From Candidatus Heimdallarchaeota archaeon (GTDB taxonomy: Archaea > Asgardarchaeota > Heimdallarchaeia > Heimdallarchaeales > Heimdallarchaeaceae): a stretch of 20,329 bases of DNA. The position numbers and the translations under genes are program-made. Below, piece by piece: positions 7,488 through 16,496 of the stretch (position 1 is the first letter of the stretch; every line of letters starts with the position of its first letter). The notes beneath the pieces were generated by a model. It was not told the DNA's origin, did no database searches, and saw nothing but the letters and a program-made list of their open reading frames with translations. The stretch lies in NCBI GenBank assembly GCA_030668875.1, contig DAOVER010000053.1:1-20329 (forward strand), read 5' to 3'.

Positions 7488-7569
7488 TGGATAACAATTA
7501 AATCAAAATGAAAAGTTTTAAAAAACGAATGATAGTTTCTATAATAGCCGCATAAATTCACAGAAGAAT

Positions 7570-7699
7570 GTGGGGATAGCCAAGTGGCCAACGGCGGCGG
7601 ACTTAAGATCTTGACTAAACGTCAAAAACAAGGGTTAGAAGAAGGATGAGAAATCCGTTCTTTAGTAGTTCGGGAGTTCGAATCTCCCTCCCCGCACCA
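7570..7699 (+). tRNA. trnL-UAA: tRNA-Leu(UAA) with a 45-nt intron at position 37/38 (7608-7652) and encoded CCA
   Basis: Acceptor GTGGGGA/TCCCCGC, D-arm GCC..GGC, anticodon stem GCGGA/TCCGT, anticodon TAA at 7604-7606, T-arm GGGAG-TTCGAAT-CTCCC, discriminator A + CCA. The BHB has a central helix CTTA/TGAG, 3-nt bulges AGA and AAA, and a flanking helix TCTT/AGGA. Confidence 0.96.
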
Positions 7700-7862
7700 A
7701 CTCTATTTTTTGTCATTAATTTTGATAGTTTATCCTTTAACCAAATGGTTTAACCCTTACACTTTCTAATTATAAGCGTTTAACCAGAGGATTAAGCGAT
7801 TACTCTAAAGAATTAAAAAAACCATTAAATATAGTCTTAACAGCTGTATCTTAGTGATAAGT

Positions 7863-8753
7863 ATGTCCGATAATGAAGTAAAAATGTATGAAGAATTACT
7901 CGAGTTACTCGAGAAAAAATTTGAGGATGGAGAGATTGAAAAAGCAAATTACGCTGAATTAAAAGAAAGATATCAAGGAAAGTTAGAACAAGCTAAACTC
8001 GAAACAATAAGAAATGGCTCCGTTCCACGCATTAAAGTGTCTGGAGCTCAAGTCAGCTCAGATACTGCTCTTTCAACCGCAGGTTCTGCCAAAATAAGTG
8101 GTGGAGATATTCCTAAAGACATTAAATTTGCGGGATCTGCTAAAATCGAAAATGACTTGGTTTGTAGAAGTCTAAAAGCCGCAGGATCTTTGAAAAGTGA
8201 AGGTAGCATTACCGCTCATGGGGATGTTAAGTGCTCAGGATCATTTTCCTGTGCTGGGTTCCTTCAAACAACAGGGAACGTGAAATTTTCAGGTTCTGCA
8301 AAGGTTGGTGGTGAAGTGATTGTTGAAGGGAAAATAGGTTCATCAGGAAGTTTCAAATGTGGAGACAATTTACAAGCAGATCAAGGAGCATCTTTTTCAG
8401 GATCTTCAATAACAAAAGGAAACTTTCTATCCCAAGGGACTGTTGGAGCAAATGGTAAAATTGTTGTTGAGGGTAACTTGGTTGGAGCAAATGTTTTCAT
8501 AAACAAGAATGTCCCTAGTCATAAATTTAGAAGGATAAAGAAATCTAGTGTTGAAGGTACAGTGTTCGCAATTGATGAAGTAGACATTAGCAACACGTTT
8601 GTTGAACAAGATGTTAAAGGAAAAGACGTCACGATTGGCGCCCTTTCAGAAGTTAAAGGAACAGTTTATTATGTCAACAAAATTGACATTCATAAAAAAG
8701 CAAAACTAGCAAATGAACCAGTACAAATACAAGATGTTCAGCTCAAATTGTAA
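7863..8753 (+). CDS. Bactofilin-like polymer-forming cytoskeletal protein (CcmA/YhbE-YhbF type) with a SHOCT-like N-terminus
   Basis: About eight tandem 17-18-aa (S/A)GSxK repeats typical of a beta-helix. The C-terminus DEVDISNTFVEQDVKGKDVTIGALSEVKGTVYY resembles the YhbE/F end. N-terminal LEKKFEDGEIEKANYAELK resembles SHOCT. ATG at 7863 is preferred over GTG at 7854. Confidence 0.8.
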   Translation: MSDNEVKMYEELLELLEKKFEDGEIEKANYAELKERYQGKLEQAKLETIRNGSVPRIKVSGAQVSSDTALSTAGSAKISGGDIPKDIKFAGSAKIENDLVCRSLKAAGSLKSEGSITAHGDVKCSGSFSCAGFLQTTGNVKFSGSAKVGGEVIVEGKIGSSGSFKCGDNLQADQGASFSGSSITKGNFLSQGTVGANGKIVVEGNLVGANVFINKNVPSHKFRRIKKSSVEGTVFAIDEVDISNTFVEQDVKGKDVTIGALSEVKGTVYYVNKIDIHKKAKLANEPVQIQDVQLKL

Positions 8754-8760
8754 GCTCCTC

Positions 8761-8770
8761 TTTTTCTTTT
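8761..8770 (+). terminator. Oligo-T terminator after the bactofilin gene
   Basis: TTTTTCTTTT begins 8 nt after the stop. Confidence 0.4.
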
Positions 8771-8823
8771 CCCTTTAAACAAAATCTTCTTTAATCTCTT
8801 TTCTTCATTTCCATTGATAATTT

Positions 8824-10161
8824 ATGTTAGGTAAACTTGGATCAGCTCTAAATAGCGCTATATCTAAAATCCTCAGAGGAGGTCCTCCCGACAAAGAAGT
8901 TATACTCGAGCTAAAGAATGCCATGCTGAAGGCACTTTTAGAAGCAGACGTGCAATTCGATTTAGCAGCACATGTTGTAAACGAAGTTGAACGTAAATCA
9001 CTCGACAAGGATCTTGCTAAGGGATTATCAAGAAAAAATAGTGTTCTTTCAATTATTCACGAAGAGCTTACTAAATTTCTAGGTTCAAAGTTTTATCCTT
9101 TAACTCTACATCCAGACAAACCTACTATAATTGAATTAGTAGGTATCCAAGGGTCTGGTAAAACTACTACAACAGCAAAACTTGCCAAATATATAAAGAA
9201 ACGAGGTAAGAAAGTTGCTGTTGTAACTGCAGATAACTTTAGACCAGGAGCATATGAACAACTGAAGCAACTATGTGAAACAATTGAGGTTCCAGTTTAT
9301 GGAGATCCAAAGAACAAAAATGCTGTAAAAATAGCTTCTGATGGTGTTCAAAAATTCCTTAATGAGAAATACAATGTTATCATAGTAGATACAGCAGGTC
9401 GTCACAAAGAAGAAAAAGCTCTTCTTAAAGAGATGAGAGAGATCGGTAACAAAGTAAAACCAGATGAAATTATCTTGGTCATTGATGGGAATCTTGGTCA
9501 AGCAGCCTATGACCAAGCACTAGCTTTTGCCCAAACAACAAAATTGGGATCAGTTGTTGTAACAAAAATGGATGGTTCAGCTAAAGGAGGAGGTAGTCTT
9601 TCTGCGGCTTCCGCAGCCAAGGTTCCAATTAAATTCATATGTGATGGAGAAGATATTGATTCTCTCGAAGAATTTAACCCAACTTCTTTTGTTGGAAGAT
9701 TAATTGGTGTAGGGGATTTAGAAGGTCTTCTAAAAGAAGTAAAAGAGTTGGAGATACTCCCTTCAAAAGACGAAGCAATGAGTATGCTCAGCGGAAAGAT
9801 TTCCTATCGTCAAATGATGGAAATGCTTGATAGTTTCAGTTCTATGGGATCGATGAAAAAGATGCTCTCAATGGTACCTGGTCTTGGAGCAAATATTAAT
9901 GAAGACATGCTAAATCTTTCGAAAGACAATATGAAAAGATTCAAAGTAATTATGTCGTCAATGACTGATCAGGAACTAGATGGTAAAGTCAAGCTTAGTA
10001 GTTCAAGAATCCAACGTGTTGCTCAAGGCAGTGGCAGAACTACTGCAGAAGTAAAAGAATTGATTAATCAACACAAAACAGTTACATCTTTGGTTAAACG
10101 TATGAAAAAAGGTCGAAGAGGCGGACTACAAATTCCTGGAATGCCACCAGGTCTCATGTAA
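8824..10161 (+). CDS. srp54: Signal recognition particle protein SRP54
   Basis: GIQGSGKTTT, DTAGRH, TKMDGSAKGGG, and a Met-rich M domain (SSMTDQE, RIQRVAQGSG). Confidence 0.98.
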   Translation: MLGKLGSALNSAISKILRGGPPDKEVILELKNAMLKALLEADVQFDLAAHVVNEVERKSLDKDLAKGLSRKNSVLSIIHEELTKFLGSKFYPLTLHPDKPTIIELVGIQGSGKTTTTAKLAKYIKKRGKKVAVVTADNFRPGAYEQLKQLCETIEVPVYGDPKNKNAVKIASDGVQKFLNEKYNVIIVDTAGRHKEEKALLKEMREIGNKVKPDEIILVIDGNLGQAAYDQALAFAQTTKLGSVVVTKMDGSAKGGGSLSAASAAKVPIKFICDGEDIDSLEEFNPTSFVGRLIGVGDLEGLLKEVKELEILPSKDEAMSMLSGKISYRQMMEMLDSFSSMGSMKKMLSMVPGLGANINEDMLNLSKDNMKRFKVIMSSMTDQELDGKVKLSSSRIQRVAQGSGRTTAEVKELINQHKTVTSLVKRMKKGRRGGLQIPGMPPGLM

Positions 10162-10182
10162 AATACTTCTGAGTGATTTTTT

Positions 10183-10749
10183 ATGTCTGCTCATTTTTTT
10201 GTTTTTAACGCTCCTCCCTTTTCACTAACAAAGGGGACTCTTTACTCTTCAGAAGATTCTACTAAAGTAGAAGGAAAATTTATCAAAGCAATATCTGATG
10301 CTTTCTTTCTTTCCAATGAATTTCGCAAATCGCTTCATCTCTATTACTGTACAACTTACAAATCGAAACCATATACTGTAACCTTTAACGGTACAAACTT
10401 ACGTTACTTGGGGCCAAGTTTTTTTTCAGCAGCCCATCTTCTACTTAGAGCTGTAAATCACACAGTTGATTCTACATCTAAATCAGGAAAGCTAACACCA
10501 GGTTTGAATATTATTGAAGGGTCATACGAATGGATACTTGAAAAACACAGGAAGGATAATTGCTTAAAGATAATTCGAACAAAAATGGTCAGCGATAATC
10601 ATCAGGTAAAAATAAGTGAATCAAATGTATTTTTATTTGGTTTTGATAATATTAATCTGCCCGAAACATATGGGAAAGTATCATTAGGTCCCATGGATAT
10701 AGATGAACAAGTAATACTAACAAATTATGATTTAGAGATGAAGAAATAA
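10183..10749 (+). CDS. trmY: Divergent TrmY/DUF358-like SPOUT protein (tRNA m1-pseudouridine-54 methyltransferase family)
   Basis: ISDAFFLSNEFRK, FNGTNLRYLGP, TPG and VSLGP match the family. The gene overlaps pus10 by 1 nt (TAATG). Several family motifs are degenerate. Confidence 0.7.
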   Translation: MSAHFFVFNAPPFSLTKGTLYSSEDSTKVEGKFIKAISDAFFLSNEFRKSLHLYYCTTYKSKPYTVTFNGTNLRYLGPSFFSAAHLLLRAVNHTVDSTSKSGKLTPGLNIIEGSYEWILEKHRKDNCLKIIRTKMVSDNHQVKISESNVFLFGFDNINLPETYGKVSLGPMDIDEQVILTNYDLEMKK

Positions 10750-12071
10750 TGACATTACACGAAAAGGCCCTAAAACTATTAAAGAATCACACTTTGTGTG
10801 ATTATTGTTTGGGGAGACAGTTTTCTAACTTGGCAACAGGAACTACTAATTTAAACAGAGGAAAAACGATAAAAGATTTTCTTGTTATGGAATTCTCTAC
10901 GGACCTTTCAGAAGAAAGTGTGTCAATTTTACAATGTCTATCTCGTTCAGGATCAGCTTTAGCCAAGAAACTTCTCTTAAAAAACGGGATACAATCAGAA
11001 GAAACAATGGAATGTTACATCTGCGAAGACTCTTTAAAAACAATTGATTCTCTCGCAGAACTAGTGATATTACAATCTAAAGGGTACGAGTTTCAAACAT
11101 TTTTGATGGGAACCCTTATCTCAAAAGCACTTCAAGAGAGAGAGACCGAATTAAAGGCTCAAGTAAATGTTAAACAAACAGAATTACTAAAACAAGAATT
11201 TAATAGGAACATTGGAAAGAAAGTTTCAGAAAGAGCGCCCGTTATAACAGATTTTAAATCACCAGATATTGTTTTTGAGGTGAATCCTTTTACCCAAGAC
11301 ATTAGTATGAGAATTACATCTTTGTATATTTATGGTAAATATAAGAAATACCTTAGAATTCTACCACAGACAAGATGGCCTTGTAGAAAATGCAAAGGAA
11401 AAGGCTGTAAAGAATGTAATAACACTGGAAAAAAATATCCAGAATCTGTTGAAGAATTAATAGAAGTTGAAGCAATAAAATTAGCAAAAGCAGAAAAAGG
11501 TACTTTGCATGGTGGCGGGAGAGAGGATATAGATGCACTCATGCTTGGCACAGGAAGACCTTTTGTTTTTGAGGTGGTAAACCCCCATATTCGCTCTTTG
11601 GAGCTTAAAGATTTAGAAGAAAGAATAAACAACTATACAAAGGATAAAATTGAAGTGCAAAATCTGCGATGGTCATCAAGAAAGGAGGTTGTTCATGTAA
11701 AGAGTAGTGCAGAAAGAGCGATTAAAAAATATAGAGCCCTTATTGAGTTTTTAAATCCTATCACTGACAAAGATATAAAAAAGATAGAAAACGAGTTTCA
11801 AAACAAAGTACTACAACAAAGAACACCCAATCGTGTATCACATAGGCGTGCTGATAAAATACGGGAAAAGAAAGTTTACAACGTAGAGTGTACAAGAAAA
11901 GGTGAAGCAGAAATAGAAATAGAGGTAGAATGTGATGGCGGGTGTTATGTTAAAGAGTTAATTTCGGGGGACGAAGGAAGAACTAAACCTAGTATTTCAG
12001 AAATTGCGATGAATCCTGCTATTTGTACTGAACTTGATGTAATAAAAATCAATGAAATTCCGTACAGTTAA
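10749..12071 (+). CDS. pus10: tRNA pseudouridine(54/55) synthase Pus10
   Basis: N-terminal CDYCLGRQF zinc site, YGKYKKYLRILPQTRW, catalytic HGGGREDIDALMLGTGRPF, QRTPNRVSHRR and GGCYVKELISGDEGRT. Confidence 0.97.
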   Translation: MTLHEKALKLLKNHTLCDYCLGRQFSNLATGTTNLNRGKTIKDFLVMEFSTDLSEESVSILQCLSRSGSALAKKLLLKNGIQSEETMECYICEDSLKTIDSLAELVILQSKGYEFQTFLMGTLISKALQERETELKAQVNVKQTELLKQEFNRNIGKKVSERAPVITDFKSPDIVFEVNPFTQDISMRITSLYIYGKYKKYLRILPQTRWPCRKCKGKGCKECNNTGKKYPESVEELIEVEAIKLAKAEKGTLHGGGREDIDALMLGTGRPFVFEVVNPHIRSLELKDLEERINNYTKDKIEVQNLRWSSRKEVVHVKSSAERAIKKYRALIEFLNPITDKDIKKIENEFQNKVLQQRTPNRVSHRRADKIREKKVYNVECTRKGEAEIEIEVECDGGCYVKELISGDEGRTKPSISEIAMNPAICTELDVIKINEIPYS

Positions 12072-12164
12072 GAAGATTAAATTCTATTCAGCACAGATTA
12101 TACAAATACCGAGAATGAAATAGAAAACGATTACATTTCTCCGGCATAGAACTAAAACGTGTAA

Positions 12165-12178
12165 CGAAAAGATTAAAA
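12165..12178 (+). promoter_or_regulatory. BRE/TATA promoter of the rpl21e-rpo4 operon
   Basis: CGAAAA-GATTAAAA, a purine-rich BRE followed by a TATA-like box, about 60 nt upstream of rpl21e. Confidence 0.5.
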
Positions 12179-12234
12179 GTTGTATAGAGGGATTTTGCTC
12201 ACTTATACTATAAGACAATAATTGGTGTCTGATT

Positions 12235-12546
12235 ATGCGTAAATCCAGAGGTTACCGACACGGTACTCGACATCTTCTTCGAAAGAAAGTAAGAGAACGT
12301 GGTATGCGTTCATTAGATTATTTATTACATGATTTCAGTGAAGGTGATGTTGTTGATATTATATTAGATTCCGCAGAACATAAGGGAATGCCACATAGAC
12401 GATTTCATGGAAAAACAGGTCGAGTTCTCAGAAAGCAAGGAAATGGTTACGTTGTAGCCATAAAACAAGGTCGAGCGATGAAACAAATCACCGCAAGAAA
12501 AGAACATTTAAGGTTAAGTCGTTCTGTTATCCAGACAACAGAATAA
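12235..12546 (+). CDS. rpl21e: 50S ribosomal protein L21e
   Basis: KSRGYRHGTRHLL, KGMPHRRFHGKTG and RKEHLR. Confidence 0.98.
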   Translation: MRKSRGYRHGTRHLLRKKVRERGMRSLDYLLHDFSEGDVVDIILDSAEHKGMPHRRFHGKTGRVLRKQGNGYVVAIKQGRAMKQITARKEHLRLSRSVIQTTE

Positions 12547-12559
12547 AAAAGTGATAGTC

Positions 12560-12913
12560 ATGCCAAGAGACGTTTTAGATAAAAAACCATTAACAATTTC
12601 TGAAGCAATGAGAATCCTCCAACAGAGGAGTGAAGAATCCGAACTCTCATATTGGCAACGAGTTGCTTATGAGCATGCAATGCAAAATGCAAGGATTGAA
12701 CCAGAAGAATCGAGGGAGATTCTTGAAAAACTCCTAAAGGAATTTGATTTATCTGAACTTTCAGCATTTACAATCGCAAACATTCTACCTCCATCCCCTG
12801 AAGAGTTAAAAGATCTTCTTCAGAAAGAGCCAAAAATGCTAACAGAAGTAGAAATCAACAAAATGTTTGAAGTTATAAGACCCTATATTGTTAAATTTAA
12901 TAAGGAAAAATAG
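12560..12913 (+). CDS. rpo4: RNA polymerase subunit Rpo4 (RpoF)
   Basis: KPLTISEAMRIL, ELSYWQRVAYEHA and IANILPPSPEELK; conserved position after rpl21e. ATG at 12560 is preferred over GTG at 12551. Confidence 0.92.
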   Translation: MPRDVLDKKPLTISEAMRILQQRSEESELSYWQRVAYEHAMQNARIEPEESREILEKLLKEFDLSELSAFTIANILPPSPEELKDLLQKEPKMLTEVEINKMFEVIRPYIVKFNKEK

Positions 12914-12990
12914 AACTCCAAACTTTTTTGTTTTAAATATGTATAGGAAAACCTTTTTTTGTATTTGTACTTATCTATGGTGAGAGTATT

Positions 12991-13656
12991 ATGGTAACAG
13001 AAAGAAATCCTGAGAAAAGCAAGCGACCAGATAAACCTGGAAGTAGTGATGAATTCATTATCGGTCCTGTAATTCATGTAAGACAATCAAAAAAACTTGA
13101 AAACAAAATTATAGTTTTAGATTATCTACCAGAAGGTAAGGGTTTTGGACAAACAAAACAAAGAGAGCCAATAGTACAAGGTATTGGTACTACTTGGTTT
13201 AGCATCCTTGAGATAATAGCAGAAAGAAGAGGAGGTTTCAAACAACTAGATGAATACAGCGTTCCCAAAGGAGTTGAGAGTGGGCCTTTAAAGAAGGTTA
13301 AACGACGAATTACTATAAATGATTTAACAAACACTGGTCATCAAGTTTTAGATGAAGCTATTCTCAATATTATTAAGAGGAACGAAAAACGCTTTGTTTC
13401 ATTCTTTAACAAAGCTCAACCAATCACCAACCGTATTCACTCTCTACAACTTATTCCAGGTATTGGCAAGAAACTAATGTGGGAAATCATTGATGATCGT
13501 AAAAGATTACCTTATCTTTCTTTTAGCGATATTGAAGACCGTGTTAAAATATCAGATATTCGCAAGATGATAATGAATAGAATCATGCAAGAATTAGAAG
13601 AAGAACAGAAACATCGGTTGTTTACTGCTAGTTCTGAACCCACTCCAAGAAGATAG
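12991..13656 (+). CDS. DUF655 family nucleic-acid-binding protein (HhH)
   Basis: IVLDYLPEG, FFNKAQPITNRIHSLQLIPGIGKK and FSDIEDRV; syntenic between rpo4 and ksgA. Confidence 0.92.
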   Translation: MVTERNPEKSKRPDKPGSSDEFIIGPVIHVRQSKKLENKIIVLDYLPEGKGFGQTKQREPIVQGIGTTWFSILEIIAERRGGFKQLDEYSVPKGVESGPLKKVKRRITINDLTNTGHQVLDEAILNIIKRNEKRFVSFFNKAQPITNRIHSLQLIPGIGKKLMWEIIDDRKRLPYLSFSDIEDRVKISDIRKMIMNRIMQELEEEQKHRLFTASSEPTPRR

Positions 13657-13675
13657 ACTCTATATGGTTTGAGTT

Positions 13676-14560
13676 ATGGATTGCTGGAAATCTTCATCTG
13701 AATTAAGATTGTACATTAGAACTAGTCTTAACCAACTAAATATCAAACCATTTAAACAAAAAGGTCAAAATTTTTTAGTAAATTCTAGTATTATTAACTT
13801 CCAAGTCGCTCAAGCTAACGTTTCTTCTAAAGATGTAATTTTAGAAATAGGAGGTGGGTTGGGTAGTTTAACTCGTTGCATAGTTAACAAAGCTAAAAAA
13901 GTGTATGTAATTGAAGCAGATCGATTATTAGCAAAGTTTCTAGAGGATACTTATGGTTCCGCATCAAATTTCGAGGTAATTACGGGTGATGCAGTGAAAG
14001 TAGAATTTCCAACATTCACCAAATGTATTTCGAATTTGCCTTATCAAATATCCTCTCCAATCACTTTTAAGCTTCTAAGACACAAGTTTGATTTAGCTGT
14101 TCTCATGTATCAAAAAGAATTCGCTCAAAGGTTTTTTGCTGAACCAGGATCTGAAGATTACTCCCGTCTATCTGTTATGATAAATCTAAAAGCCAAGTGT
14201 AAGTACCTCAAAACCATTAAAGCATCATCGTTTCTTCCACCGCCGAAAATCCAATCCTCATTAGTGGCCATCCAGAAGAATAATGAAAAGCTAATTGAAG
14301 ATGAAACAGGTTTTGTTCAATTTGTTACTCTTCTCTTCTCTCACAAGAAAAAGATCGTTAGAAGTGTTTTATCTAATACATTAAAGAGAAAAGTGAAACA
14401 ATCAAAGATAACAACTAAAATTACTTTAGAACCAGATAAGTATAATGAACGAAGAATATTCACTCTCTCTTTAGAAGAGTTAATTTATCTCTACAATAAT
14501 CTAAAAATGAAAATAGGCGAAGACCTGTGGTCAGATATAATTTTCCCGAATACAAATTAG
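13676..14560 (+). CDS. rsmA: 16S rRNA adenine dimethyltransferase KsgA/Dim1
   Basis: KQKGQNFL, LEIGGGLGSLT, ISNLPYQISSPI, MYQKEFAQR and DYSRLSV. Confidence 0.97.
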   Translation: MDCWKSSSELRLYIRTSLNQLNIKPFKQKGQNFLVNSSIINFQVAQANVSSKDVILEIGGGLGSLTRCIVNKAKKVYVIEADRLLAKFLEDTYGSASNFEVITGDAVKVEFPTFTKCISNLPYQISSPITFKLLRHKFDLAVLMYQKEFAQRFFAEPGSEDYSRLSVMINLKAKCKYLKTIKASSFLPPPKIQSSLVAIQKNNEKLIEDETGFVQFVTLLFSHKKKIVRSVLSNTLKRKVKQSKITTKITLEPDKYNERRIFTLSLEELIYLYNNLKMKIGEDLWSDIIFPNTN

Positions 14561-15156
14561 AGTTAGACATACCAGAAGAGGTGTATTTTCCAGCAGAGGA
14601 CACTTTCTTTCTTATTAGAAATTTAAATCTAAATGAGGATATTGAATCAGTTTATGAGATTGGAGGAGGTTCTGGAATCATTTCCATTATTCTAGCAAAA
14701 AAATTAGAAAAAACTAGATTCCTTGTGTCAGACATATCTTCGACCGCAACTAGAATGATTCAGTCAAATTGCAAATTAAATGGAGTTAATAGTCAAATAG
14801 ATGTAGTTTGTATGGACAAACTAAATGCTATCCGGCATCTCTCTCCAGAAGCGATTATCTGGAATCCACCATATCTTCCTGAGGATTTTGAAACACAAGA
14901 ACTCCCCATTGCTGACAAATTAATGCTTACGGGGGGGAAAAGAGGGTATGAGGAGATTTATGATTTGATTGCTTTTCTTCAAAGCTCTAAAGCAAATACA
15001 TCACTTTATACCATTTTCTCTTCAATTGCTTGGGATGAAGTTGATTGTGAAGAAATTAGTGATAAGTTGGTTCATCTTGAAATAATTAAAGAGTTGAAAC
15101 TGTTTTTTGAAAAACTATATTTAGTTAAAATTGATTTTGGTGACTATAATGGATAA
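14527..15156 (+). CDS. hemK2: HemK2/Mtq2-like methyltransferase (release-factor Gln methylase family)
   Basis: VYFPAEDTFFL, EIGGGSG and WNPPYLP; follows ksgA as in many archaea. Confidence 0.9.
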   Translation: MVRYNFPEYKLELDIPEEVYFPAEDTFFLIRNLNLNEDIESVYEIGGGSGIISIILAKKLEKTRFLVSDISSTATRMIQSNCKLNGVNSQIDVVCMDKLNAIRHLSPEAIIWNPPYLPEDFETQELPIADKLMLTGGKRGYEEIYDLIAFLQSSKANTSLYTIFSSIAWDEVDCEEISDKLVHLEIIKELKLFFEKLYLVKIDFGDYNG

Positions 15157-15877
15157 AGAGATCAAAGGCGTAAATTGTAGTATCATATTAATTGAGCCAA
15201 AAATCGAGGGTAATATCGGGGCAATAGCAAGAGTTTGCAACAACTTCAATGCAACTGAACTAGTCCTTATTTCTCCACAAGTAAATCATTTATCAGAGGA
15301 AGCAATGAACAGAGCAAGACATTCTAAGCATTATCTGGAAAATGCAAAAGTGTTCTCTGATTTTCAAAATATAAGAAATCATTTTTCATTTTTAATTGGA
15401 ACATCAGCAAAGGCAGGTAAAACATACAACGTTTATCGTCAGCCTGCTTTTTCATGGGAATGGACAGATGAGAAATTTTTGTTGAGTAGTAAGATCGGTA
15501 TTGTCTTTGGTCGAGAAGATCGGGGGCTATCTAACGAAGAATTGAGTTTGTGTGACTATCTTGTAAACATTCCTGTTCCAGGAGAACAAAAGGTCCTGAA
15601 TATCTCGCATGCAGTAGCAATAATACTTTATGAAGTATGGAAAAGAACCTATAACGTTGTAGATGTTTCAGAATTAGAGATTGCTTCTGTGACAAAAGAG
15701 AGAGAGATGCTTTTTACTTTGTTTAAATCATTGGTAAATAGTATGGATTACGAAGAATATCGTAAACCAAACGTTATTCATGCATTTCGCAGCATAGTAA
15801 ATAGAAGTTTTGCATCGAAAGAAGAAATACACACACTAATTGGGATGTTTAAAACAATTTTAGAACAAAACCAATAA
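15149..15877 (+). CDS. trmJ: tRNA position-32 2'-O-methyltransferase TrmJ/LasT family (SPOUT)
   Basis: IEPKIEGNIGAIAR, IGTSA, VFGREDRGLSNEELSLCD and LNISHAVAIILYE. ATG at 15149 follows a GGTGA SD. Confidence 0.92.
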   Translation: MDKEIKGVNCSIILIEPKIEGNIGAIARVCNNFNATELVLISPQVNHLSEEAMNRARHSKHYLENAKVFSDFQNIRNHFSFLIGTSAKAGKTYNVYRQPAFSWEWTDEKFLLSSKIGIVFGREDRGLSNEELSLCDYLVNIPVPGEQKVLNISHAVAIILYEVWKRTYNVVDVSELEIASVTKEREMLFTLFKSLVNSMDYEEYRKPNVIHAFRSIVNRSFASKEEIHTLIGMFKTILEQNQ

Positions 15878-15896
15878 AAAAAGAGTGAAATCCAAT

Positions 15897-16496
15897 ATGA
15901 AACAGAAAGAACTTGAAACTCAATTGACACAGTTTAAGAATTTCAAGGAACCTAAAATTCATCTAGAACAATATCAAACCCCTCCTAGATTAGTTGCAAT
16001 GATAACTTGGAGAGCTTTACAGTTGGGAGATATAAAAGATAAAATTGTTGCAGATTTCTGTTGTGGTACCGGATTATTTGCAATAGCAGCGAAAATCTTA
16101 GGCGCTAAGAAGGTTTATGCAATTGAGATTGATCCAGCAGCTCTAAAGGTTGCAAAAGAAAATGTTGAGAATGCTAATCTTGAAATTAAGTTCATCGAAA
16201 AAGATGTTAGAGAGATAAGCATGAATTTTGATACAGTTTTTATGAACAGCCCCTTTGGTGTGAAAGGCCCCGTAAAAGATCAGGTATTTTTGCGTAGAGC
16301 TTTGAGTGTTTCGAAAGTTAGTTATTCATTACATTTGTTTCAAGAAAAAAATATTGAGTTTTTGCGAAAATTCATAATAAAAAATAATAAAACTATAGAT
16401 GAAATGATGAAAGCAGAATTTGAAATACCAAAAATATATCGCTTTCACAAGAAACGATATCATGTAATTGAAGTAGCAATATTAAGATGTGTTTAA
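15897..16496 (+). CDS. METTL5-like N6-adenine RNA methyltransferase (COG2263)
   Basis: PKIHLEQYQTP, DFCCGTG, EIDP and MNSPFG. ATG at 15897 is preferred over GTG at 15885. Confidence 0.92.
   Translation: MKQKELETQLTQFKNFKEPKIHLEQYQTPPRLVAMITWRALQLGDIKDKIVADFCCGTGLFAIAAKILGAKKVYAIEIDPAALKVAKENVENANLEIKFIEKDVREISMNFDTVFMNSPFGVKGPVKDQVFLRRALSVSKVSYSLHLFQEKNIEFLRKFIIKNNKTIDEMMKAEFEIPKIYRFHKKRYHVIEVAILRCV

Noticed and set aside
7570-7699. tRNA-Leu as the attachment site of the left-hand island
   Set aside because: I found no duplicated tRNA 5' or 3' segment in the window. The accessory DNA is upstream of the tRNA, while the 3' side runs into core genes.
7736-7786. Three TTTAACC words and an AACCA-AA-TGGTT hairpin downstream of the tRNA
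   Set aside because: Too short and irregularly spaced to support a repeat array or a defined binding site.
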